This document shows positions 27,764 to 36,116 of a stretch of 64,000 bases of DNA, piece after piece (the stretch's first letter is position 1; each line of letters starts with the position of its first letter). This DNA comes from an uncultured Chloroflexia bacterium (GTDB lineage: Bacteria; Chloroflexota; Limnocylindria; QHBO01), in NCBI GenBank assembly GCA_963760875.1, contig CAVXEH010000002.1, positions 263,358 through 327,357 of the forward strand. Direction: 5' to 3'. Both the position numbers and the translations under genes were made by a program. The notes under the pieces are model-generated. The model did not search any database and was not told the origin of the DNA. It worked only from the letters and a program-made list of their open reading frames with translations.

Positions 27764-29431
27764 TCAGTCGACGCCGGGCACCAGCTCCCCCTGCGGGGCG
27801 GCCACCTCGTCCTCCTCGGCGGCGTCGCCGAAGTGGTGCCGGAGCGGCAGCTCATGCAGGATCAGCGAGCTCACGACCGCGACGGCCATGGCGCCCACGC
27901 CGAGCCACATGGAGTTGCCAAGGGCAATGGAGAAGGCCTGGTTGATGCCGTGGACGAACGCGTCCTGGAACTGGGCGGGGACTTGCGCCAGGAAGGCCGG
28001 GGTCCCGCCACCCACGTTGGTGAGCGCGCCGGAGTCGAACCCGGCCGGCGCTGTGGTGGGCAGCATCTGCGCCGGCGCGCCGGCGGCGATGATCTGGGTC
28101 CGAATCGCGTCCCAGGACAGGAAGTTGCGGAAGATGGTGAAGGCGAAGGTCAGGCCGACCACGCCGCCCATCTGGCGGAAGAGGGTCAGATCGGCGGTGG
28201 CCGCCCCCAGCTCCTCCAGCCGCACCGCGTTCTGCACGATGATGGTGAAGACCGCCATGGTGGGGCCGATGCCGATGCCGGCCAGGACCATCCAGAGCCA
28301 GAGCGTCGGATAGGAGGTATCGGCGCGGATGTTGGTCATCAGCGCGACACCCGCCCCGGCGACCACCAGCGCGCCCACCAGCATCCACTTGTAGCGGCCG
28401 GTGCGCGAGACGAGGAAGCCGGAGACCACCGAGCTGCCGATGAGGCCCACCAGGAAGGGCATCAGGTTGTAGCCCGATGCCGTGACGCTGGCGCCCTTGA
28501 CGACCTGGAACCACAGGGGCAGGAAGAAGACGGCGCCAAAGAAGCCGAACATCGCGGTGAAGACGGCGATCATGGAGACCGTGAAGGTCCGTACCTTGAA
28601 CAGGTGCAGCGGGATCATGGGCTCCGCGGCACGGCTCTCGACCCAGACGAAGAGCCCAAGGAAGGCGAAGCCGAGCAGGCCCAGGCCCCAGACCGCGGGC
28701 GAACCCCAGTTGCCGTCCTCGGCAATGGTCAGGGCAATGAGGATCGGCACGATGCCGGCCACGAAGGTACCCACGCCAGCCCAGTCGATGGCGTTGGCCG
28801 CGTCGGGCCGCCGCACCGTGGGGAGCAGCCGCCAGATCACGAACAGGGCGACCAGGCCAATGGGAATGTTGACGTAGAAGACCCAGTGCCAGCTGAAGTT
28901 GTCAGTAAGCGTCCCGCCCAGATAGGGGCCAATGAGAAACGCGATGCCGAACACGGCGCCGAACAGGCCCTGGTACTTGCCGCGCTCACGGGGCGTGAAC
29001 AGGTCCCCGATGACGGCCAGGCTGATCGGGAACAGCGCCCCGGCGCCCAGGCCCTGGATCCCCCTGAAGAGGATCAGCTGCCACATCGTCTGGGACAGAC
29101 CGGAGAGCGCGGAGCCGATCAGGAACAGCCCGATGCCCAGCATGAGCATCGGCTTGCGGCCGAACAGGTCAGAGAGCTTGCCGTAGATGGGGACGGTGAC
29201 CGTGCTCGTCAGCAGGTACGAGGTGGCCACCCAGGTGTAGAAGTCCGCGCCCTGGAGGCTCGTGACCACCTTGGGCAGGATGGGGCCCACGATCGTCTGG
29301 TCGAGGGCCGACAGGAAGAGGCCGAGCATGACGGCCCCCAGGATCTCGAATCGGGCGCGGGAGCTGACGTGGACTGGCGAGTCGTTCTCAGCCATGGTCC
29401 CCGCGGCCGCCTGCGCGTTGCGGATGCTCAT
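27764..29431 (-). CDS. DHA2 family (EmrB/QacA) MFS efflux transporter
   Basis: FLSALDQTIV, YGKLSDLFGRK, FRGIQGLGAG, ERGKYQG and WVFYVNIPIG motifs; about 14 TM segments. Confidence 0.93.
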   Translation of the reverse strand: MSIRNAQAAAGTMAENDSPVHVSSRARFEILGAVMLGLFLSALDQTIVGPILPKVVTSLQGADFYTWVATSYLLTSTVTVPIYGKLSDLFGRKPMLMLGIGLFLIGSALSGLSQTMWQLILFRGIQGLGAGALFPISLAVIGDLFTPRERGKYQGLFGAVFGIAFLIGPYLGGTLTDNFSWHWVFYVNIPIGLVALFVIWRLLPTVRRPDAANAIDWAGVGTFVAGIVPILIALTIAEDGNWGSPAVWGLGLLGFAFLGLFVWVESRAAEPMIPLHLFKVRTFTVSMIAVFTAMFGFFGAVFFLPLWFQVVKGASVTASGYNLMPFLVGLIGSSVVSGFLVSRTGRYKWMLVGALVVAGAGVALMTNIRADTSYPTLWLWMVLAGIGIGPTMAVFTIIVQNAVRLEELGAATADLTLFRQMGGVVGLTFAFTIFRNFLSWDAIRTQIIAAGAPAQMLPTTAPAGFDSGALTNVGGGTPAFLAQVPAQFQDAFVHGINQAFSIALGNSMWLGVGAMAVAVVSSLILHELPLRHHFGDAAEEDEVAAPQGELVPGVD

Positions 29432-29967
29432 GCGTGTACTGTCTCCTTGCCGTCGCGGACGGGAGCATGGGAATGGAGATGGGTTTCGCCGTGGTCGGCG
29501 TGGTAGCGCTCGTGGGCCGAGGCAAAGACCCGGAGCGCCTCGAGCACGGCGTGCTGCTCATCGGTGGTCATCAGCTCGACCAGCTGGCGCATGTGGCCCA
29601 GCCGAGTTTCCTCGACCTGGCGCAGCATCTCCACCCCCTCGGGTGTGAGCTGGGCGAGGACCATGCGTCGGTCGGTCTCGTCGTGGACGCGGGCAACGAC
29701 GCCCCGCTCCTCCAGGCGCCCCACGATCCCGGTCGCGTTCGACAGCCCCACGTCGAGCTGCTCGGCGAGCCGGCTCATGGGTGTCGGTCCATCCGCGTCG
29801 AGGATGGCGAGAACCTGGAAATGCATCATCGAAAGTCCGTAGGCCTGGCACTGCGCCGCCCACTTGTGGCGCTGATGCCCCACCAGTGGCCCGATCAGGC
29901 CGATGATCTGGTCGGCGAGGCTGCCGGCCGCTGTGCTGGTCATGGTGTGTAGTTCATTGTCTCCCAA
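29428..29967 (-). CDS. MarR family transcriptional regulator (start uncertain: 29943 or 29967)
   Basis: LAEQLDVGLSNATGIVGRLEERG.V.R..DETDRR...LT..G. Confidence 0.9.
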   Translation of the reverse strand: MGDNELHTMTSTAAGSLADQIIGLIGPLVGHQRHKWAAQCQAYGLSMMHFQVLAILDADGPTPMSRLAEQLDVGLSNATGIVGRLEERGVVARVHDETDRRMVLAQLTPEGVEMLRQVEETRLGHMRQLVELMTTDEQHAVLEALRVFASAHERYHADHGETHLHSHAPVRDGKETVHA

Positions 29968-29981
29968 CGATTGCCATGTCG

Positions 29982-30031
29982 GGGATATTTATCACAGGAT
30001 GAAGCATTCTGTCAAACTGAACAATATTCCC
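29982..30031. promoter_or_regulatory. Divergent promoter with a minus-strand TTGACA (30010-30015) overlapped by the palindrome ACAGGATG-aag-CATTCTGT (29994-30012), a likely MarR operator
   Basis: AT-rich patch. An outer imperfect inverted repeat GGGATATT...AATATTCCC is also present. Confidence 0.55.
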
Positions 30032-30052
30032 ACGCGCGGAGCACCGGGGCTG

Positions 30053-31525
30053 ATGGCCCGTCGCCCGTTCACGCTCACGCCCATCGACCGGACCCTTCGC
30101 CCAGCCGGCGATCGCCGCAACCCGTGGCTTCGCGAAGCCCTCGCCGCAGAGGACGACCCGCAGGCGGCTCCCCCGCTGGCCGGCGAGGCGACCACCGACG
30201 TGGCGATCATCGGTGGCGGCTACACGGGCCTGTGGACGGCGCTGGGACTCCTCGACCGCCACCCCGGACTGGGCGTGACCGTGGTGGAGGCCGACATCTG
30301 CGGCGGAGGACCGTCAGGGCGCAACGGCGGCTTCGTGAACGGCTGGTGGGACGAGCTGGCAACGCTGCGCGACCTGTACGGGGCCGATGGCGCCCTGGAC
30401 TGCGCCCGGGCGGTGGCCTCCTCGGTGCACGCCATCGGCGAGTGGTGCGAGCGCAACGGGATCGACGCCCACTACCGAAGGAACGGGATGCTCACGGTGA
30501 GCACCACCCCCCTGCACGACCGGGCCTGGACCGCGTCCGTCGAGGCGGCCCGCGAGCTGGGCGTGCCCGACGAGTACCGCGAGCTCACTGCCGCCCAGGT
30601 CGCGACACGCTGCCGCTCGCCGCGCTTTCGGGGCGCAGCCTTCATGCGTGACGGCGCCACCGTCCATCCGGGACACCTGGTGCGCGGCCTGCGTCGCGCC
30701 TGCGCGGCGCGCGGGGTGACCATCCACGAGGGCACCCGCGCGACGGCCCTGCGTCCGTCCGGTGACGGCCTCCGAGTCGAGACGCGTTCGGCGGCCGGCG
30801 AAGGTGTGCTGCGGGCGAGGCAGGCGGTGCTGGCGGTGAACGCCTGGACAGCGGGCTGGCGGCCATTCCGGCGCTCCCTCCTGGCCTGGAGCAGCTGGAT
30901 GGTCCGCACGGAGCCCATTGCCGCGCTCATCGCCGAGCGGCTGGGCTGGACGGGGGGCGAGTCCATCGTCGACGCGCGCTTCAGCGTCGACTACTGCCAC
31001 GTGACCCGGGACGGCCGGATCGCGTTCGGCGCCGGCGGCGGGCGTCCCGGCTACGGCGGCCGGATCGGCGCCGCGTTCGTCGACGACCTCGATGCGGGGC
31101 GGCGCGCGATCACCGGCTTCCGAACCCTCTTCCCGCAGCTGCGCGATGTCAGGCTCACGGACATGTGGGGCGGCCCCATCGACGTATCCGCGGACCATCT
31201 GCCGCGGGTCGGAGCCGTGGCGGGCGGCAGGGTCCATTTCGCGTTCGGCTACTCCGGCAACGGCGTGGCGCCGTCGCACCTGGCCGGGCGGATCCTCGCG
31301 GCGCGCCTTGTCGGCAGCGACGAGCCCCTGACCCGCCTGCCCATCGTGGGGCCGGTGCCGCGCCGCCTGCCTCCCGAGCCCTTCCGGTACGCGGGAGCGC
31401 GCGTCCTGCGTGAGGCGATGATTCGCCGCGAGGACGGCGAGGTGGCGGGTCGGGCGCCATCGGCCTGGCTGCGAGAGCTCACCCGGCTCCCTCGACGGCT
31501 CGGCTACCATCTCGGACCATGGTGA
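30053..31525 (+). CDS. FAD-dependent oxidoreductase (DAO / PuuB-OrdL-like amine oxidase family)
   Basis: IIGGGYTGLW, GPSGRNGG, WGGPID and GYSGNGV motifs. Confidence 0.88.
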   Translation: MARRPFTLTPIDRTLRPAGDRRNPWLREALAAEDDPQAAPPLAGEATTDVAIIGGGYTGLWTALGLLDRHPGLGVTVVEADICGGGPSGRNGGFVNGWWDELATLRDLYGADGALDCARAVASSVHAIGEWCERNGIDAHYRRNGMLTVSTTPLHDRAWTASVEAARELGVPDEYRELTAAQVATRCRSPRFRGAAFMRDGATVHPGHLVRGLRRACAARGVTIHEGTRATALRPSGDGLRVETRSAAGEGVLRARQAVLAVNAWTAGWRPFRRSLLAWSSWMVRTEPIAALIAERLGWTGGESIVDARFSVDYCHVTRDGRIAFGAGGGRPGYGGRIGAAFVDDLDAGRRAITGFRTLFPQLRDVRLTDMWGGPIDVSADHLPRVGAVAGGRVHFAFGYSGNGVAPSHLAGRILAARLVGSDEPLTRLPIVGPVPRRLPPEPFRYAGARVLREAMIRREDGEVAGRAPSAWLRELTRLPRRLGYHLGPW

Positions 31526-32230
31526 ATGCAGGGCCTCCAGGCTCAACCCCCGTCCACGACGACCTCGTCGAGATGCTGGCCGCGACCCGCGAGGTCGAGC
31601 ACGACCTGTTCGCGGTTATGACGCCGGAGCTGCGCGATGCTCCGCGACGCATTGGCGAGTGGTCCGCGTGCGACGTGCTGGCGCATCTCGCCGCGTGGCG
31701 CTCCGTGGAGGCCCGGAGGCTGGCCGGCGAACCGGACGGAACCAGCACTGACGAGTCCGAGGACGACGCCAACGCGCGGATCCAGGCGGAGCGTGCAGCG
31801 TGGAGCTGGGAACGGGTTTCCGCCGAGGCCGATGCCAGCATCGACGCCCTCATGGCGGGCATCGTCTCGACCAGCGAGGAGGACCTGGCCCGCTCGGAGC
31901 GGCTGGTGGCGGGCATCGGTGGCAACGGCGTCAACCATGCCATCGCCCACCTCGCCGATGTCGCCGCCCTGTCGGGTCGCGCGGATCGCTTCGCCGCCTT
32001 CGCACGTCAGGTGGAGGCAATCCTGCTCCGGGGTCGGATCGGGCAGCGAGACGCCGCGGTCATGCTCTACAACATCGCCTGCCATCACGCCCTGGCCGGC
32101 GAGCTCGACGACGCGCGCCGGCTCCTCAGGGATGCGTTCGCCGCGCGCTCCGAGCTGCTGGAGTGGTCTCTGACCGATGCGGACCTGGCCGCGCTGCGCG
32201 AGGAGCTGCCAGTCCCTGGCCGGTTCCTGA
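31519..32230 (+). CDS. DinB/MDMPI-like four-helix domain plus C-terminal TPR-like repeat; stop apparently lost through an extra C at about 32209
   Basis: GEWSACDVLAHLAAW and LYNIACHHALAG...DADLAALR. Removing one C gives ...ELQSLAGS-stop at 32228-32230, just before the convergent qcrB end. Confidence 0.7.
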
Positions 32231-32244
32231 GTGCAGCCAGTCGC

Positions 32245-33607
32245 TCAGGACTCGCCCTCGATCTCGTCGAACCCGCCGGCGGCATTGCGTCGCAGCCGGA
32301 TCCCCGGTCCGCGGTGCATCACGCCGCCCCCGCGGTCACGCAGCTCGATGCAGATCCGGTACGTGACCGCGAAGCCCAGGATGGGCACGGCGAAGATGGC
32401 GACCCGCAGGATCTCGGTCATGGTCTCCACGGGCACGCCCACCACCAGGGCCACGACGTCATTGCCGCCGCCGATGGTGTAGACCACGAAGATGAGGAGG
32501 CCCGCCACGCCGAGTGCGGTGCGCATCGGATGCTCGTAGGGGCGATCCAGCAGGCTGTGCTCGGCGTGATCGTGCGGTGACGCGCGCCTCGATGAACGGC
32601 CACAGGGCAAGTGCCGTGAAGAGCGCGCCCGGGATGAGCACGCCGGGGATGAACGGCGAGGGGATCGTGATCCCGAAGAGGGTGATCTCGACGGGCGGGA
32701 ACAGGCGCAACGACCCCTCCAGCCAGCCAACATACCAGTCGGGCTGGGCCGGGGCGCTGACCGTGGTGGCGTCGAACGGGCCGTAGCTCCAGACCGGGTT
32801 GATCTGGACCAGCCCGCCCATCAGGGCCAGCACCGCCGCGGTGAGGATCGCCAGGCCGGTCGACTTGAAGACCTGGCTGGGCCAGAAGGCCTTGCCCACC
32901 ACATTGTGCTCCGTGGCGCCGGGGATCCGGTACTGGGTGTGCTTCTGGATCCACAGGATCGCGAGGTGGGTGAGGACGCCGCCGATCAGGAGCGCCGGCA
33001 GCAGCATCACGTGGAACACGAAGAGGCGGCTGATGATCTCCTTGGTCGGGAACTCCCCGCCGAAGAGCAGGAAGCCCAGGTACGGACCCACGAACGGAAT
33101 GCTGATGACGACCGAGTAGATGATCCGCAGGCCGGTTCCGCTGATCAGGTCGTCAGGCAGGGAGTAGCCGGTGATCCCCATTGCCAGGGCCAGTGTCAGC
33201 AGGCCGATGCCCACCAGCCAGTTGAGCTCGCGCGGCTTGCGGAAGGCGCCGGTGAAGAAGATGCGCATCACGTGGAGCGCAATGGCGCCCACGAAGACCA
33301 GCGCCGCCCAATGGTGGATCTGGCGCATGACGAGACCGGCGCGGACCTCGAACGACAGGCGCAGGACGCTGTTGAACGCGGCGGAGACCTGCTGGCCCTG
33401 GAGGGGAACCCACGGCCCAGCGTAGGTCACCTCTGCGGAGTCGGGGACGTAGAAGAGGGTCAGGTACACGCCGGTCGCCACCAGGACCACCAGGCAGAAG
33501 AGCGCGACCTCGCCCAGGAGGAACGACCAGTGGTCGGGGAAGATCTTGCGCAGGCCGGTCTTGGCCCACGAGGCCGTGCCCAGGCGATCGTCGATCCAGG
33601 TCAGCAT
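32245..33607 (-). CDS. qcrB: Cytochrome bc complex cytochrome b subunit (actinobacterial type), with an apparent frameshift at about 32572-32575
   Basis: FPDHWSFLLGEVAL, RQIHHWAA, PRELNW, GYSLPDD, FHVMLLP and QPDWY motifs. The C-terminal DHAEHSLLDRP.. portion lies in the next frame. Confidence 0.92.
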
Positions 33608-34461
33608 CAGGCCTGCGGCTCCTCGCTCTGCTGGGTCTGCGTCATGTCCCAGAAGCCCGGGCCGATCGGCTGCGGGAAGTCGCCGAGCGCCACGAGGTAC
33701 CCTTCGGCGTCGAGCTCCATGGGCAGCTGCGGCAGCGGCCGTGCGGCGGGCCCAAAGACCACCGTGGCCCCGTCGAGCACGTTGAACGTGGACTGATGGC
33801 AGGGGCACAGCAGCTGGTGCTGCTTCGCTCGGTACAGCCCCACCGGGCAGCCGGCGTGGGTGCAGACCTTGGAGTAGGCGAGGGCGCCGTCCGGTGCCCA
33901 GGCGTCACGGCCGTCGGGCAGGTTGAGGTCCGCGGGCCGCACCTTGATGAGGAGGGTCTGGCTGTCGGGCCGGCCCACGAATCCCTCGGGGAAGACGGTC
34001 CTCACGCTGTCGAGGGGGAGGTCCCCCGGGCGAACCGGATGCCCGTCGGTGTCCACGACCCGGCGACCCTTCTTCCACGCGGTCCGGAAGAGGTCCTGCC
34101 CCGGCGTGGGGCCGAGCGAAAAGGCCGGGAGCACCAGGGCCGCTGCCAGGGCGGCGCCCGCTCCGGCCAGCATGCGGATCAGGAACCGGCGCCGGCTGAT
34201 CTGCTGCGGCGCCAGGGCCTCGTCGGCGGCGGCCCGCGCCTCCGGGGACGAAGCCAGCGAATGCCGGTCCTCAGACTCCGTGGGAGCGTCCAGCAACGCG
34301 ACCGCCCAGATGATGATGGCGGTGCCGAACCCGCCCAGGGCCGCGGCCAGGAACACGCCCTCGATCTGTGCCCCGCCGTTGACGATGTAGATGACGACCA
34401 GGCCAATCGACGCCGCCACCGAGATCCCGAGCGAGAGGATCACTCCGCGTGTCGCCGTCAC
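33607..34461 (-). CDS. qcrA: Rieske 2Fe-2S subunit of the cytochrome bc complex
   Basis: YSKVCTHAGCP..LLCPCHQSTF..GPAARPLPQL and Tat-like SRRRFL; GTGA overlap with qcrC. Confidence 0.93.
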   Translation of the reverse strand: MTATRGVILSLGISVAASIGLVVIYIVNGGAQIEGVFLAAALGGFGTAIIIWAVALLDAPTESEDRHSLASSPEARAAADEALAPQQISRRRFLIRMLAGAGAALAAALVLPAFSLGPTPGQDLFRTAWKKGRRVVDTDGHPVRPGDLPLDSVRTVFPEGFVGRPDSQTLLIKVRPADLNLPDGRDAWAPDGALAYSKVCTHAGCPVGLYRAKQHQLLCPCHQSTFNVLDGATVVFGPAARPLPQLPMELDAEGYLVALGDFPQPIGPGFWDMTQTQQSEEPQA

Positions 34462-35237
34462 CGGGTGCCCCCCTTCCAGTCGCGGGCGATCAGGATGATG
34501 ACGATCATCATCAGGGCGAGCCCCAGCAGCCAGGCCGCGTAGCCCTCCGGGACGGGTCCGATGCCGCCGATGGAGAAGCCACCGGGGTTTGGCGCGCCAT
34601 GCAGGTACTCCACGTAGCTGACGATCGCATTGCGATCCGTCTCGGCGATGCCGCTGAACACCGGCATCTGCCCGGGACCGATGATCATGGCCTCCGCCAC
34701 CTCGACCGCGGTGGCCTTGTCGAGCGGCGGCGCCAGCGCTCCACCACCCACGGCACCACCGTTCGCGGTCACCCCGTGGCACGGCGCGCAGTTCTCCACG
34801 AAGAGGCGCTGCCCGTCCGAGATCTGCGCCGCGTCGATCGCCGGGCTTGGAATGGCCGGACCCTCGCCCAGCGAGGCCACGTACGCGACGAGCGATTGGA
34901 TATCGGTTTCGCCGAACGCCGGCGGCTTGCGCACCGGCTGCGAGCCCGTGGGCCCGGCGAAGGGCATCCGGCCGGTGCGCAGCTCGAAGTCCGCGGAGGC
35001 AGCCCCCACGCCCACCAGGCTCGGTCCGGTGGCGGTTCCCTGACCATCCGGGCCGTGGCAGGTCTGGCAGTGCGCGAGGTAGAGCGCCCGGCCGGAGGCA
35101 ATGTCGGCCGCGCTGTCCGCGGCGGGCAGCGCCCTCGCGGACTGGCGGTCGGCGGGCACGGCGAAGACGCTCGGGACGAGAGCGAGGGCGGCGGCGCTGC
35201 CGAGCAGCACCATCGCGAGGAGCCGGAGCCGTCGCAT
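34458..35237 (-). CDS. qcrC: Di-haem cytochrome c subunit of the bcc complex
   Basis: Two CxxCH motifs (CQTCH, CAPCH), TGRMP, GPGQMP, and LGGIGPVPEG-type motif before a C-terminal TM segment. Confidence 0.93.
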   Translation of the reverse strand: MRRLRLLAMVLLGSAAALALVPSVFAVPADRQSARALPAADSAADIASGRALYLAHCQTCHGPDGQGTATGPSLVGVGAASADFELRTGRMPFAGPTGSQPVRKPPAFGETDIQSLVAYVASLGEGPAIPSPAIDAAQISDGQRLFVENCAPCHGVTANGGAVGGGALAPPLDKATAVEVAEAMIIGPGQMPVFSGIAETDRNAIVSYVEYLHGAPNPGGFSIGGIGPVPEGYAAWLLGLALMMIVIILIARDWKGGTR

Positions 35238-35266
35238 CGGTACCGCAATGATAGAGGCCCGAGGTG

Positions 35267-35617
35267 TCAGCCCGTGGATGCGAGCCGCCACGCAAGGACC
35301 AGCAGGACGCCGAGCGCCACGACCAGCACCCAGGCCCGCGGTCGCGGGGGCGCCTCGGCCGCGAAGGTTCCAGCCAGCGGGAGCACCGCCAGCGCGGCGA
35401 GGCCGTACACCAGGTGCAGGGGCTCGGCCGGTCGCGCGCCGCCAAGGTAGGTCACGGCACCGATGGCGGCCTGCACCCCGACGACCGCCAGCACGACCGT
35501 CCGCAGACGATCCAGCCAGGATGCTCCGCCACGCAGGGCGGCCCCTGCGCCGGCCACGGCCGCGACCACGATCGTCACGAAGACGACGAGGGCGCCGATG
35601 GCATGGAGGGCAGCCAT
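35267..35617 (-). CDS. Four-TM hypothetical membrane protein
   Basis: Hydrophobic, with PLHLVYGLAAL. Confidence 0.7.
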   Translation of the reverse strand: MAALHAIGALVVFVTIVVAAVAGAGAALRGGASWLDRLRTVVLAVVGVQAAIGAVTYLGGARPAEPLHLVYGLAALAVLPLAGTFAAEAPPRPRAWVLVVALGVLLVLAWRLASTG

Positions 35618-35620
35618 GCC

Positions 35621-36112
35621 TCAGTACACGCCCGGGACGAAGCGTCGAGTGCGTGCGGCATACGCGGCATACCCCGGGTAGTGCTCGCGGAGCCACGCCT
35701 CCTCCCGCCTGGCCTTCAAATCGAACCAGCCGGCCAAGAGGATGGAGAAGCCCAGCGCTATGGGGCTGGCGGCGACGAGCGCCCACCCGAACGAGCCGGT
35801 CATGATCCCGGCGTAGATGGGATGCCGCACGCGTCCATACACGCCGTCCTCAACGAGCTCGCCGCCCGCGCGAGGGCGCGGCACCGCGGTCAGGTTGCGG
35901 CCCAGCCCTCGCAACCCGGCCAGTGACTCCCAGCCGCCGACGGCCACGAGCGCCGCGCCGGCGACGACGGCAATCAGGCGAGGAGTCCCGGCGAGGGCCG
36001 GATGCGGCAGTGCCAGCGCCCCGCTGATGGCCACGCCCATCAGCAGCACCAGCTGACCAACCACCCAGCCTTCGCCGCGCGGGCCAAGGGCTGGGACGCG
36101 AGGCGCCGTCAT
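35621..36112 (-). CDS. Isoprenylcysteine carboxylmethyltransferase / PEMT family membrane protein
   Basis: LVEDGVYGRVRHPIYAG...EEAWL..YPGYAAY...RFVP. Confidence 0.88.
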   Translation of the reverse strand: MTAPRVPALGPRGEGWVVGQLVLLMGVAISGALALPHPALAGTPRLIAVVAGAALVAVGGWESLAGLRGLGRNLTAVPRPRAGGELVEDGVYGRVRHPIYAGIMTGSFGWALVAASPIALGFSILLAGWFDLKARREEAWLREHYPGYAAYAARTRRFVPGVY

Positions 36113-36116
36113 TGCG

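Noticed and set aside
29940-29957. Five-codon uORF (MNYTP) overlapping the marR ATG
   Set aside because: SD spacing is very short, and it cannot be told apart from chance or another indel error without reads.
31519-32580. 353-aa version of the DinB/TPR ORF
   Set aside because: The extension runs about 335 nt antisense into qcrB. A one-base correction gives a stop at 32230.
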